From Candidatus Omnitrophota bacterium (lineage in GTDB: Bacteria; Omnitrophota; Gorgyraeia; B26-G9): 64,000 bases of DNA. Of this stretch, positions 56,445-64,000 are shown one piece after another. The notes beneath the pieces were generated by a model, which was not told the origin of the DNA, did no database searches, and worked only from the letters and a program-made list of their open reading frames with translations. The stretch covers positions 17,721 through 81,720 of the forward strand of contig JAHITY010000114.1 of the NCBI GenBank assembly GCA_018817165.1, given 5' to 3'. The position numbers and the translations under genes are program-made. Each line of letters opens with the position of its first letter. Within the stretch, counting starts at the first letter, position 1.

Positions 56445-57923
56445 GTGCAGGCATTTCAAGCTTTAAAAATACTAGGCAAAGATCCGGCTGATTATCAGTT
56501 TGCTGATTTTAGATTAAGAGGATTAAGTCTTGATTCAAGAACTGTGGCACCGGATTACTGTTTTGTTGCCATAAAAGGGGCTAAGAGTGATGGAACCAGC
56601 TTTATTCAGGCAGCGCTCGATAAAGGCGCGCGGCTTATTGTTCATGAAAAAAACACTAAACCGTTTAATTTCAGCTCAGCGGATTCCGCGATATTTGTCG
56701 AAGTGGACAATTCCAGAATAAGCGCGGGAAAACTGGCTGTGGAATATTTCGGAAACCCCGGGGATAAATTAAATTCAATCGGAATCACCGGGACTAATGG
56801 CAAGACCACAATATCTTATTTAATTGAGCATATTTTAAGAACTAATGGAATTAACTCTGGGATAATCGGGACAATTCAGTATAAAATATCCGATCATATC
56901 GTTCCGGCTGTAAATACAACTCCCGACGCGATGAAGATTCAGCATTTACTGCATCATATGGTTGAGCATAATTTAACGCATAATATTATGGAAGTTTCCT
57001 CGCATGCCCTGGATCAACACAGGGTAGAGGGAATAAAATTTAAAACCGCGATTTTTACTAATCTGACGCATGATCATTTAGATTATCATAAATCAAAAGA
57101 AAAGTATTTTGCGGCCAAAGCAACTTTATTTTCCGGTTTAGCAAACGATTCAACTGCGATTATAAACAGTGATGATCCTTATGCGGAAAAATTAAAGCAG
57201 CTGACAAACGCTAAGGTGCTCAGCTATGCGATTAATCACGAAAATGCGACGCTTAGAGCAAAAAATATAGCTTTAGGTATTGATAAGACAAACTTTGTTC
57301 TGGTTTGGGATAAGGCTGAATATAATATCCAGACAAACTTGATCGGCAGATATAATGTATATAATGTCCTGGCAGCAATTGCCGCGGCCATAATCGAGGG
57401 AATACCAATTGATAAAATAAGAGAATCAGTGAAAACTGTTGAGCAGGTCAGAGGCAGACTTGAGCGGATTAGGCATAATCAGGGGTTTGAGGTATTTATT
57501 GATTATGCGCATACTGATGATGCATTACAAAATGTATTAAGCACATTAGCCGAACTGAAGCCTAATCAGCTGATTACGGTTTTTGGCTGCGGTGGCGATC
57601 GCGATAAAAAAAAGCGTAGTTTAATGGGTAATATCGCAAGTAAGCTTTCTGATTTTGTTATTCTTACTAATGATAATCCCCGCGGCGAAGATCCTCAGGA
57701 GATAATCGAGCAAATTAAAAGCGGATTTGTTGGAGAGTTTAAAGCATATGAAATCATTCCGCAGCGGGATAAAGCAATTCAAAGAGCTTGCGGTTTGGCT
57801 GGGAAAAGAGATTTTGTGCTGATTGCCGGCAAGGGCCATGAAACATATCAGGTGTTTAAGGATAAAACAATTAAGTTTGATGATAAGCAAATTGCTCTGA
57901 AGTTCTTGACAGAAAATGGTTAA
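56445..57923 (+). CDS. murE: UDP-MurNAc-tripeptide synthetase (meso-DAP type)
   Basis: GITGTNGKTT, NTTPD, MEVSSH, TNLTHDHLDYH, DYAHT, FGCGGDRD, DNPR, AGKGHE. Confidence 0.96.
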   Translation: MQAFQALKILGKDPADYQFADFRLRGLSLDSRTVAPDYCFVAIKGAKSDGTSFIQAALDKGARLIVHEKNTKPFNFSSADSAIFVEVDNSRISAGKLAVEYFGNPGDKLNSIGITGTNGKTTISYLIEHILRTNGINSGIIGTIQYKISDHIVPAVNTTPDAMKIQHLLHHMVEHNLTHNIMEVSSHALDQHRVEGIKFKTAIFTNLTHDHLDYHKSKEKYFAAKATLFSGLANDSTAIINSDDPYAEKLKQLTNAKVLSYAINHENATLRAKNIALGIDKTNFVLVWDKAEYNIQTNLIGRYNVYNVLAAIAAAIIEGIPIDKIRESVKTVEQVRGRLERIRHNQGFEVFIDYAHTDDALQNVLSTLAELKPNQLITVFGCGGDRDKKKRSLMGNIASKLSDFVILTNDNPRGEDPQEIIEQIKSGFVGEFKAYEIIPQRDKAIQRACGLAGKRDFVLIAGKGHETYQVFKDKTIKFDDKQIALKFLTENG

Positions 57924-57994
57924 TAGTTTATGTTTTCAGTATTGCGTCGCGTGTCGTGCGTATTGAGTATAGAAAAAACAGAAGACAGAAAAAG

Positions 57995-58118
57995 AGCGGG
58001 TAAAGGTAAATGGTAATGAACCCCGTATCGGTAATGTTTAACGGTTACGGTTAAAAATTTTAAGCCGATAGACTTTACCCCCAAACGAAACGGGCATCGT
58101 AACCTTAACCATAACCTT
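57995..58118. repeat. ~125-bp imperfect palindromic intergenic repeat, copy 2, nested in inverted heptamer arrays
   Basis: Similar to 56277-56407; flanked by gtcgtgcgtattg (57953-57965) and caatacgcacgac (58128-58140). Confidence 0.75.
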
Positions 58119-58171
58119 TTAGAGTAGCAATACGCACGACGTGATACTCAATACTAAATAGGGATTAATTA

Positions 58172-59563
58172 ATGTTTACAATTCAAGAAATAATCGATAT
58201 TTGCAAAGGGATTCTGATAAACCAGAATGCCGATAATAGTGTGATTGTTCAGGGTGTATCAATTGATTCTCGGACGATAAAAACTAATGATCTGTTTATC
58301 GCGGTTCGCGGGGATAATTTTGATGGACATGATTATCTTGTTTGTGCAATAGAAAAAGGCGCGGCCGCAGTTATTGTTGAAAGTCTCTGGGCTGAAAAAA
58401 ATGAGGATATTTTAAGCAAACTAAACAGTCCGATCATTGCCGTGGAAAACACAATTGCGGCTTTAGCTTATCTGGCCAAGCAGCATCGAAAAAAGTTTTC
58501 TCTTCCAGTTATTGCGGTAACTGGATCGAATGGAAAAACAACGACAAAAGAAATGATTGCCTGTGTCTTAGAGGCGAAATATAAGGTATTAAAAAGTAAA
58601 GCTTCATTTAATAATCATATTGGTGTGCCGCTTACTTTGCTTGAACTTGATTCAAGTCATCAGGTTGCGGTGATTGAAATCGGGATGAATCATAAAGGTG
58701 AAATTAGAGGCCTGGCCGCGATTGCTTGTCCGGATATCGCAGTGATTACTAATGCGGCAAACGCGCATCTTGAGTTTTTTAACAGCATTTCTGATATAAT
58801 AGAGGCAAAATGCGAATTGCTTGAGTCGCTGTCAACCAAGAGCTTCGCGATTATAAATGCGGATTGTAAGCCGTTGTATGCCAGAGCTCATGATTTTTGC
58901 ATTGACCTTAGGGGGTTTGGGATAAAAAGTGTGTGTGCTTATCAAGGATCAAATATTGTTACTCATTCCGATGGAATCGCGTTTACGGTTAATGGAAAAT
59001 ATACTTTCCGGCTGAATGTTTTAGGCGAACATAATGTTTATAATGCCTTAGCGGCAATCGCGATTGCTCAGAATTTTGAGATTGATTACAATCAGATTAG
59101 AGAACAATTGGCGAAATTTAAACCAGTATCCCTGCGCATGCAGATAATCAAGTTTCCGGGCGCGGATATTATTGCCGATTGTTATAATGCCAATCCTGAT
59201 TCTACAATGGCGGCAATAAATACTTTGCGAGCAATCCAATCAAAAGCCAAAAAAATATTTGTTTTTGGCGATATGCTGGAATTAGGTAAATTTAGCAATC
59301 AAGCGCATCAGCAAATTGGAAAACTAGTCGCGGAAAGTTCAATATCTAAACTTATTACTGTTGGCGAAAAGTCTCAATTAGCAGCTGTGGGCGCGACAGA
59401 GCAGGGGATGAATAAACAAGATGTTTATCAGTGCCAGAACGTTGAACAGGCAGCCGCTGTTTTGAAAAAAATAATAAGTCAGGATGATGTTATCTTGCTC
59501 AAAGGATCAAGAGGCATGCATCTTGAAAAAATAATTGATTTTTTAAACAATAAGAAGAAATAA
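58172..59563 (+). CDS. murF: UDP-MurNAc-pentapeptide synthetase
   Basis: IDSR, FDGHD, TGSNGKTTTKE, NNHIGVP, EIGMNHKGEI, DCYNANP, GDMLELG, KGSRG. Confidence 0.96.
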   Translation: MFTIQEIIDICKGILINQNADNSVIVQGVSIDSRTIKTNDLFIAVRGDNFDGHDYLVCAIEKGAAAVIVESLWAEKNEDILSKLNSPIIAVENTIAALAYLAKQHRKKFSLPVIAVTGSNGKTTTKEMIACVLEAKYKVLKSKASFNNHIGVPLTLLELDSSHQVAVIEIGMNHKGEIRGLAAIACPDIAVITNAANAHLEFFNSISDIIEAKCELLESLSTKSFAIINADCKPLYARAHDFCIDLRGFGIKSVCAYQGSNIVTHSDGIAFTVNGKYTFRLNVLGEHNVYNALAAIAIAQNFEIDYNQIREQLAKFKPVSLRMQIIKFPGADIIADCYNANPDSTMAAINTLRAIQSKAKKIFVFGDMLELGKFSNQAHQQIGKLVAESSISKLITVGEKSQLAAVGATEQGMNKQDVYQCQNVEQAAAVLKKIISQDDVILLKGSRGMHLEKIIDFLNNKKK

Positions 59564-59573
59564 GGGATATTTT

Positions 59574-60665
59574 ATGTTTTATCATTTTCTATATGCTTTA
59601 AAAGATGTGTTTTTTGGGTTCAATGTATTTAAGTATATAACATTTCGGATTGTTGCTTGCGCGATCACTGCATTTGTTCTTAGCATTTTTCTTGGCAAAA
59701 CCGTTATTAAAATGCTTAAAAAACTTAATGTCGGGGAATCAGTCCGTAAAACCAAGGACACGGCCTCATTGTATGAACATCATAAGAATAAAGAAGGCAC
59801 TCCGACCATGGGCGGAGTATTGATTATTTCAGTTATTGTTTTATCGGTTTTATTGTGGGCGGATTTATCGAATAAATATATTTGGCTGGCTTTATTGTCA
59901 ACTGTTTGGCTGGCAATAGTTGGATTTATTGACGACTACATAAAGCTTACCAGGAAAAAATCTCGGGGGCTGACTGCAGCTGTAAAGCTCGTCGGACAAA
60001 TGGTTTTGGGAATAATCATTGGAATATTATTGTATTATGATCCCAATGTGGGAGATAGATTAGATGTGCCTTTTTTTAAGAATCTAATTGTTCATCTTGG
60101 CGTTTTTTATGTATTCTTTTCTGCTTTGGTAATAATTGGAACTTCCAATGCGGTAAACCTTACCGATGGTTTAGATGGATTAGCCATTGGATGCGTTTTA
60201 ATAGTTGCTCTTACTTATTGCGGAATGAGTTATGTTACCGGACATTATGTGATCAGCAATTATCTTCAGATTATTTTTATGCCTCATGCCGGAGAATTAG
60301 CTGTGTTTTGCGCGGCGATTTTTGGCGCTGGATTGGGCTTCCTTTGGTTTAATTGTCATCCTGCAACTGTTTTTATGGGGGATACCGGATCTTTGGCTTT
60401 GGGCGGTGCTTTAGGAACAGTAGCAATATTGATCAAAAAAGAATTACTTTTGGTGATTGTCGGGGGTATCTTTGTTGCAGAAGCTTTATCAGTAATTATT
60501 CAGGTTGTATCTTTTAAAACACGTAAAAAAAGAGTTTTTCGGATGGCTCCATTGCATCATCATTATCAGTTAAAAGGCTGGCATGAGGCAAAAATAATAT
60601 TTCGTTTTTTAATTGTGGCGATTATCTTGGCGCTATTTAGTTTATCGACTTTGAAACTGAGGTAA
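59574..60665 (+). CDS. mraY: Phospho-MurNAc-pentapeptide transferase
   Basis: KEGTPTMGG, GFIDDY, SNAVNLTDGLDGL, VFMGDTGS, MAPLHHH. Confidence 0.97.
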   Translation: MFYHFLYALKDVFFGFNVFKYITFRIVACAITAFVLSIFLGKTVIKMLKKLNVGESVRKTKDTASLYEHHKNKEGTPTMGGVLIISVIVLSVLLWADLSNKYIWLALLSTVWLAIVGFIDDYIKLTRKKSRGLTAAVKLVGQMVLGIIIGILLYYDPNVGDRLDVPFFKNLIVHLGVFYVFFSALVIIGTSNAVNLTDGLDGLAIGCVLIVALTYCGMSYVTGHYVISNYLQIIFMPHAGELAVFCAAIFGAGLGFLWFNCHPATVFMGDTGSLALGGALGTVAILIKKELLLVIVGGIFVAEALSVIIQVVSFKTRKKRVFRMAPLHHHYQLKGWHEAKIIFRFLIVAIILALFSLSTLKLR

Positions 60666-60691
60666 ACTTATGGCTGATAGTCAATAGTCAA

Positions 60692-60830
60692 TGGAAGGCA
60701 AAAATTCTCTTTTAGCGGCGCTTTCGAACGTAATTTTGACAGGGATGTCAAAATAGAGAGAACGCGCGGCTGAGACTGCACGATGCAGGCTCAGGCTTAG
60801 CGAAAAGATGTGTTTTTGCCTTGGATAAAG
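60692..60830 (+). ncRNA. Diverged copy 3 of the multi-stem element (mraY-murD spacer)
   Basis: Closing stem aaggcaaaaa/tttttgcctt, attttgaca/tgtcaaaat stem, ctgag-actgca-CGA-tgcagg-ctcag stem, 3' end GCCTTGGATAAAG. Confidence 0.5.
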
Positions 60831-60834
60831 GCAA

Positions 60835-62226
60835 ATGTATACTATGAATAGAAACATTAAAAATAAAAAAATCGTGATTGTCGGCCTTAGCCGCTCGGGA
60901 TATGCCGCGGCTATTTTGGCGCTCAAGCAAAAAGCGATAGTTTATGTCAGTGAAAATTCTGACAATAAAACTTTACGGGAAAAAGCGAAAATTCTGATTA
61001 AAAAAAATGCTTTTGTGGAATTGGGTGGCCATAATTCAGAGTTTTTTAAAGACGCTGATTTTTTTATTACCAGCCCGGGAGTAAAAAATAATGCATTGCC
61101 GATTGTTTGGGCAAAGCAAAATAAAATAAAGATATACAGTGAAATAGAATTTGCTTCCTGGTTTTGTCCTGCTCCGATTATCGCGATAACTGGTAGCAAT
61201 GGCAAAACAACAGTGACTACTTTGCTGGGAAAGGTGCTTAAACAGGCTGGGAAAAAAGTTGTGGTTTGCGGAAATATCGGCAATCCCTTTAGCGGAGAAT
61301 TTCTTAAATTTAAAAAAGCTGATTTCATTGTTTTGGAAGTCAGTTCTTTTCAGCTGGAATATATTCAATGGCTTAAACCTAAGCTGAGCATTATTTTAAA
61401 TATCACTCAAAATCATTTTGATCATCATCACGATATGGCGGATTATGCCCAGGCTAAAGCCAGAATTCTCTTAAATCAGGATAAAACAGATTATACAGTT
61501 TTAAATGCTCAGGATAATCTTTTGCGTAAAATAGCGAAAAAAACAAACGCAAAGGTTTTGTTCTTTTCAAGGAATAAGAAAATCCCTCAGCTTGCGGATC
61601 AAGATATTAATTGTTACCTGGATAAAGAAAAGTTTATTATTCGGATCGGGAAAAATAGTAAATTTGCTTTTGCATTGAATGATCTTAAAATTAAAGGTGA
61701 GCATAATCAAGAAAATGTGATGGCGGTGAGTTTGGCGGCAAAGGCTCTGGGAATAAACAATCAAGCGATTGCTGCTGTCTTGAGTAGATTTAAAGGGCTT
61801 GAGCATCGCTGTGAAAAAGTCGCGTCCATCAAGGGTATTTGTTTTGTTAATGATTCTAAATCAACCACAGTAGACGCGACGGATAAAGCCTTGTCTGTAT
61901 TTTTAGATAAATCAGTAATCCTGATCTGCGGCGGCAGGGATAAAGGCAGCAACTTTTCTGTATTAGAAAAAAAGATCAAACAAAAGGTTTTTTGCGTGAT
62001 TGCGATTGGTGAGGCTAAACCCATATTGATTTCTGCTTTTTCTCCGTATACTCAAGTCATAACCGCTGATTCTTTGAAACAAGCAGTGCAAATCGCTTTT
62101 AAACAAGCAAAATCCGGACAAAGTGTATTGCTTTCACCGATGTGTGCAAGCTTTGATATGTTTGACAATTTTGAGCATCGAGGGCAAGTTTTTAAACAAA
62201 TAGTACAAGGAATGATAAAAAAGTGA
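60835..62226 (+). CDS. murD: UDP-MurNAc-L-Ala-D-Glu ligase
   Basis: GLSRSG, SPGV, ITGSNGKTT, GNIG, EVSSFQL, LEHRCE, NDSKST, LLSPMCASFD. Start is 60835 or 60844. Confidence 0.96.
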   Translation: MYTMNRNIKNKKIVIVGLSRSGYAAAILALKQKAIVYVSENSDNKTLREKAKILIKKNAFVELGGHNSEFFKDADFFITSPGVKNNALPIVWAKQNKIKIYSEIEFASWFCPAPIIAITGSNGKTTVTTLLGKVLKQAGKKVVVCGNIGNPFSGEFLKFKKADFIVLEVSSFQLEYIQWLKPKLSIILNITQNHFDHHHDMADYAQAKARILLNQDKTDYTVLNAQDNLLRKIAKKTNAKVLFFSRNKKIPQLADQDINCYLDKEKFIIRIGKNSKFAFALNDLKIKGEHNQENVMAVSLAAKALGINNQAIAAVLSRFKGLEHRCEKVASIKGICFVNDSKSTTVDATDKALSVFLDKSVILICGGRDKGSNFSVLEKKIKQKVFCVIAIGEAKPILISAFSPYTQVITADSLKQAVQIAFKQAKSGQSVLLSPMCASFDMFDNFEHRGQVFKQIVQGMIKK

Positions 62227-63317
62227 ACTTAAAACAATTAAGAATAAATTTAGCAGCAATAACCCTGATTCTCGTGTGTGTGGGAATTGTGATGATTTAT
62301 AGTGCTAGCGCGATTTATGCCCATGAGAATCTGGGTGATAGTGCCTATTTTCTCAAGCGTCATTTACTCTATGTTTTAATTGGATTCCTTGGTTGTTTGC
62401 TAGTTATGAGTATTGATTACCGCTTTTTTAAAAAAGCCGCAAAACCTTTGATCATAATTTCCTTTGGCTTGCTGCTATTGGTCCTTATTCCTGGTATTGG
62501 GAAAGAGGTGGGAGGTGCGCGCCGCTGGTTTCGTTTTTTTGGCATAAGCTTTCAACCTTCAGAGTTTGCTAAATTTGCGATGATTGTTTACACTGCCGAA
62601 TTTTTAAGCCGCAAGAAATCAATGGTTACTTCTTTTTTTAAGGGTTTTCTTCCTGTTTTCATGGTTCTGGGCGCGATGTGCCTATTAGTCATTGTCCAAC
62701 CTGATTTAGGAACTGTTTTAGCAATGAGCAGCATTTGTTTTATTATGTTTTTTGTTGGCGGCGTACGTTTGGCGCATATAATTTCTTTTGTGCTTTTATC
62801 TTTGCCAGGTTTGTATTTTTTGGTATTTAGTGTGCCGTATCGACGGAGAAGAATTCTTGCTTTTATTGATCCTTGGGCTGATCCGCAAGGCAATGGATTT
62901 CAAATAATTCAATCATTGGTTGCTTTAGGTTCAGGAGGGGTTAATGGCGTGGGCTTAGGTCAAGGTAAGCAAAAACTATTATATTTGCCGGCAGCCTATA
63001 CGGACTTTATTTTTTCAATTATCGGCGAGGAGCTGGGGTTTATTGGCACTGCTTCCATTGTTATTTTATTTGCTTTGTTTTTAATCCAAGCCACAAAAAT
63101 ATGCTTAAAAGCCAGTGATTCATTTGGTCAGTATTTATCTTTTGGCCTTATTTCCTGTCTGGTTATTGAAGCAATTGTTAATATGGGAGTAGTTACCAGT
63201 CTTTTACCAACCAAGGGATTGCCGTTTCCTTTTATCAGCTATGGAGGCACATCCTTGGTTTTTAATATGGTTTATGTTGGCATAATCTTGAATGTCGGCA
63301 GGGTAAGGACTAAGTAG
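62223..63317 (+). CDS. ftsW: SEDS protein FtsW
   Basis: MIYSAS, GGARRW, FQPSEFAK, QPDLG, GFQIIQS, LPAAYTDFIF, PTKGLPFPFISYGGTS. Confidence 0.95.
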   Translation: MNLKQLRINLAAITLILVCVGIVMIYSASAIYAHENLGDSAYFLKRHLLYVLIGFLGCLLVMSIDYRFFKKAAKPLIIISFGLLLLVLIPGIGKEVGGARRWFRFFGISFQPSEFAKFAMIVYTAEFLSRKKSMVTSFFKGFLPVFMVLGAMCLLVIVQPDLGTVLAMSSICFIMFFVGGVRLAHIISFVLLSLPGLYFLVFSVPYRRRRILAFIDPWADPQGNGFQIIQSLVALGSGGVNGVGLGQGKQKLLYLPAAYTDFIFSIIGEELGFIGTASIVILFALFLIQATKICLKASDSFGQYLSFGLISCLVIEAIVNMGVVTSLLPTKGLPFPFISYGGTSLVFNMVYVGIILNVGRVRTK

Positions 63318-63449
63318 GGGCGGCTGGCTGGCCGCCCGGTATATTACGTTGAATTGAAATAATGTAATATGAATGATTGGTATGTCAATATATTGATTAA
63401 ATTTTATTTTTATATTATGATTAACGGGCCGATGGCCATCGGCCCCTAC
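63314..63449. repeat. REP doublet (REPIN-like); its GTAG contains the ftsW stop codon
   Basis: 63314-63338 gtaggggcggctggctggccgcccg (exact reverse complement of 52426-52450) and 63425-63449 cgggccgatggccatcggcccctac. Confidence 0.85.
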
Positions 63450-63468
63450 TATTGACCAGAAAGGTCTC

Positions 63469-64000
63469 ATGAAGATTTTGATTTGCGCTGCTGGATCTGG
63501 GGGGCATATTTACCCAGCGCTTAGCCTTGCCCAATCATTACAAGCCGCGGATAAAAATATTAAAATACTTTTTTTATCTAATAAAAAAGCCATTAGTAAG
63601 AATATTTTTGAAAAAATAGACTATAAAGTATTTACCGCGGACTTTATTTCTCCTTATACAGCTAAACAAACAAATCCGTTTAAATTCTTCTTGAAGAATT
63701 TGGGTTTTCTGCTAAAATTTAGTACAGAGGCTATAAAAGTATTTTTTTTAATTATCCAGATAAAGCCGGATGTGGTTATTGGTTTTGGCGGGATTATAAG
63801 TATTGCGGCGATTAGCTTTGCTCGATTGATCGGGATTCCCACGCTTATTCATGAACAAAATATAGTTCCTGGAATTGCGAATAAGCTGATAAGCGTTTAT
63901 GCTACAAAAGTAGCGGTTGGTTTTAAACAAAGCAGTAAATATTTTAAACGTGATTCGGTGTTTACCGGTAATCCGATTCGCCAGGATTTTGAAAAAATAG
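63469..64000 (+). CDS. murG: MurG GlcNAc transferase, truncated by the window end (absent from the ORF track)
   Basis: Manual translation MKILICAAGSGGHIYPALSLA...KPDVVIGFGG...IHEQNIVPGIAN...FTGNPIR. Confidence 0.93.
   Translation, partial: MKILICAAGSGGHIYPALSLAQSLQAADKNIKILFLSNKKAISKNIFEKIDYKVFTADFISPYTAKQTNPFKFFLKNLGFLLKFSTEAIKVFFLIIQIKPDVVIGFGGIISIAAISFARLIGIPTLIHEQNIVPGIANKLISVYATKVAVGFKQSSKYFKRDSVFTGNPIRQDFEKI

Noticed and set aside
1234-63930. The many short (60-150 aa) antisense or alternate-frame ORFs in the supplied track (e.g. 26645-27088, 37839-38219, 52713-53069, 60681-60926, 60942-61328)
   Set aside because: They lie within or opposite well-supported genes or repeats, carry no recognisable motifs, and are best explained as shadow ORFs.

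Overview
AT-rich bacterial chromosomal window in two parts. (1) Positions 1-52.3 kb form one very large, almost entirely + strand cell-surface glycoconjugate tailoring region. It holds 14 radical SAM enzymes (9 with an N-terminal B12-binding domain, 5 SPASM/Twitch-type), 7 multi-TM GT-C (ArnT/PMT/YfhO-like) glycosyltransferases, 4 GT2 plus a GT2 pseudogene, 2 GT4, a NodU/CmcH carbamoyltransferase, an AsnB amidotransferase, a DegT aminotransferase, a SAM methyltransferase, an SDR epimerase, an SGNH hydrolase, a Tat-exported DUF362 protein, two paralogous membrane-anchored carbohydrate-binding proteins and an O-antigen-ligase/TPR protein. (2) Positions 52.6-64 kb are a canonical dcw operon (mraZ-rsmH-ftsL-ftsI-murE-murF-mraY-murD-ftsW-murG, truncated) with its promoter and MraZ boxes. 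The intergenic DNA carries several repeat families: GTAG-type REP doublets, heptamer tandem repeats, a ~125-bp hairpin repeat in dcw, and a ~140-147-nt multi-stem element present three times with compensatory changes. Two tiny minus-strand ORFs missed by the ORF track share NWRPVPRK with only synonymous differences. The overall style suggests an uncultured lineage such as Omnitrophota (inference only). All calls come from motif recognition by eye; no searches were run.
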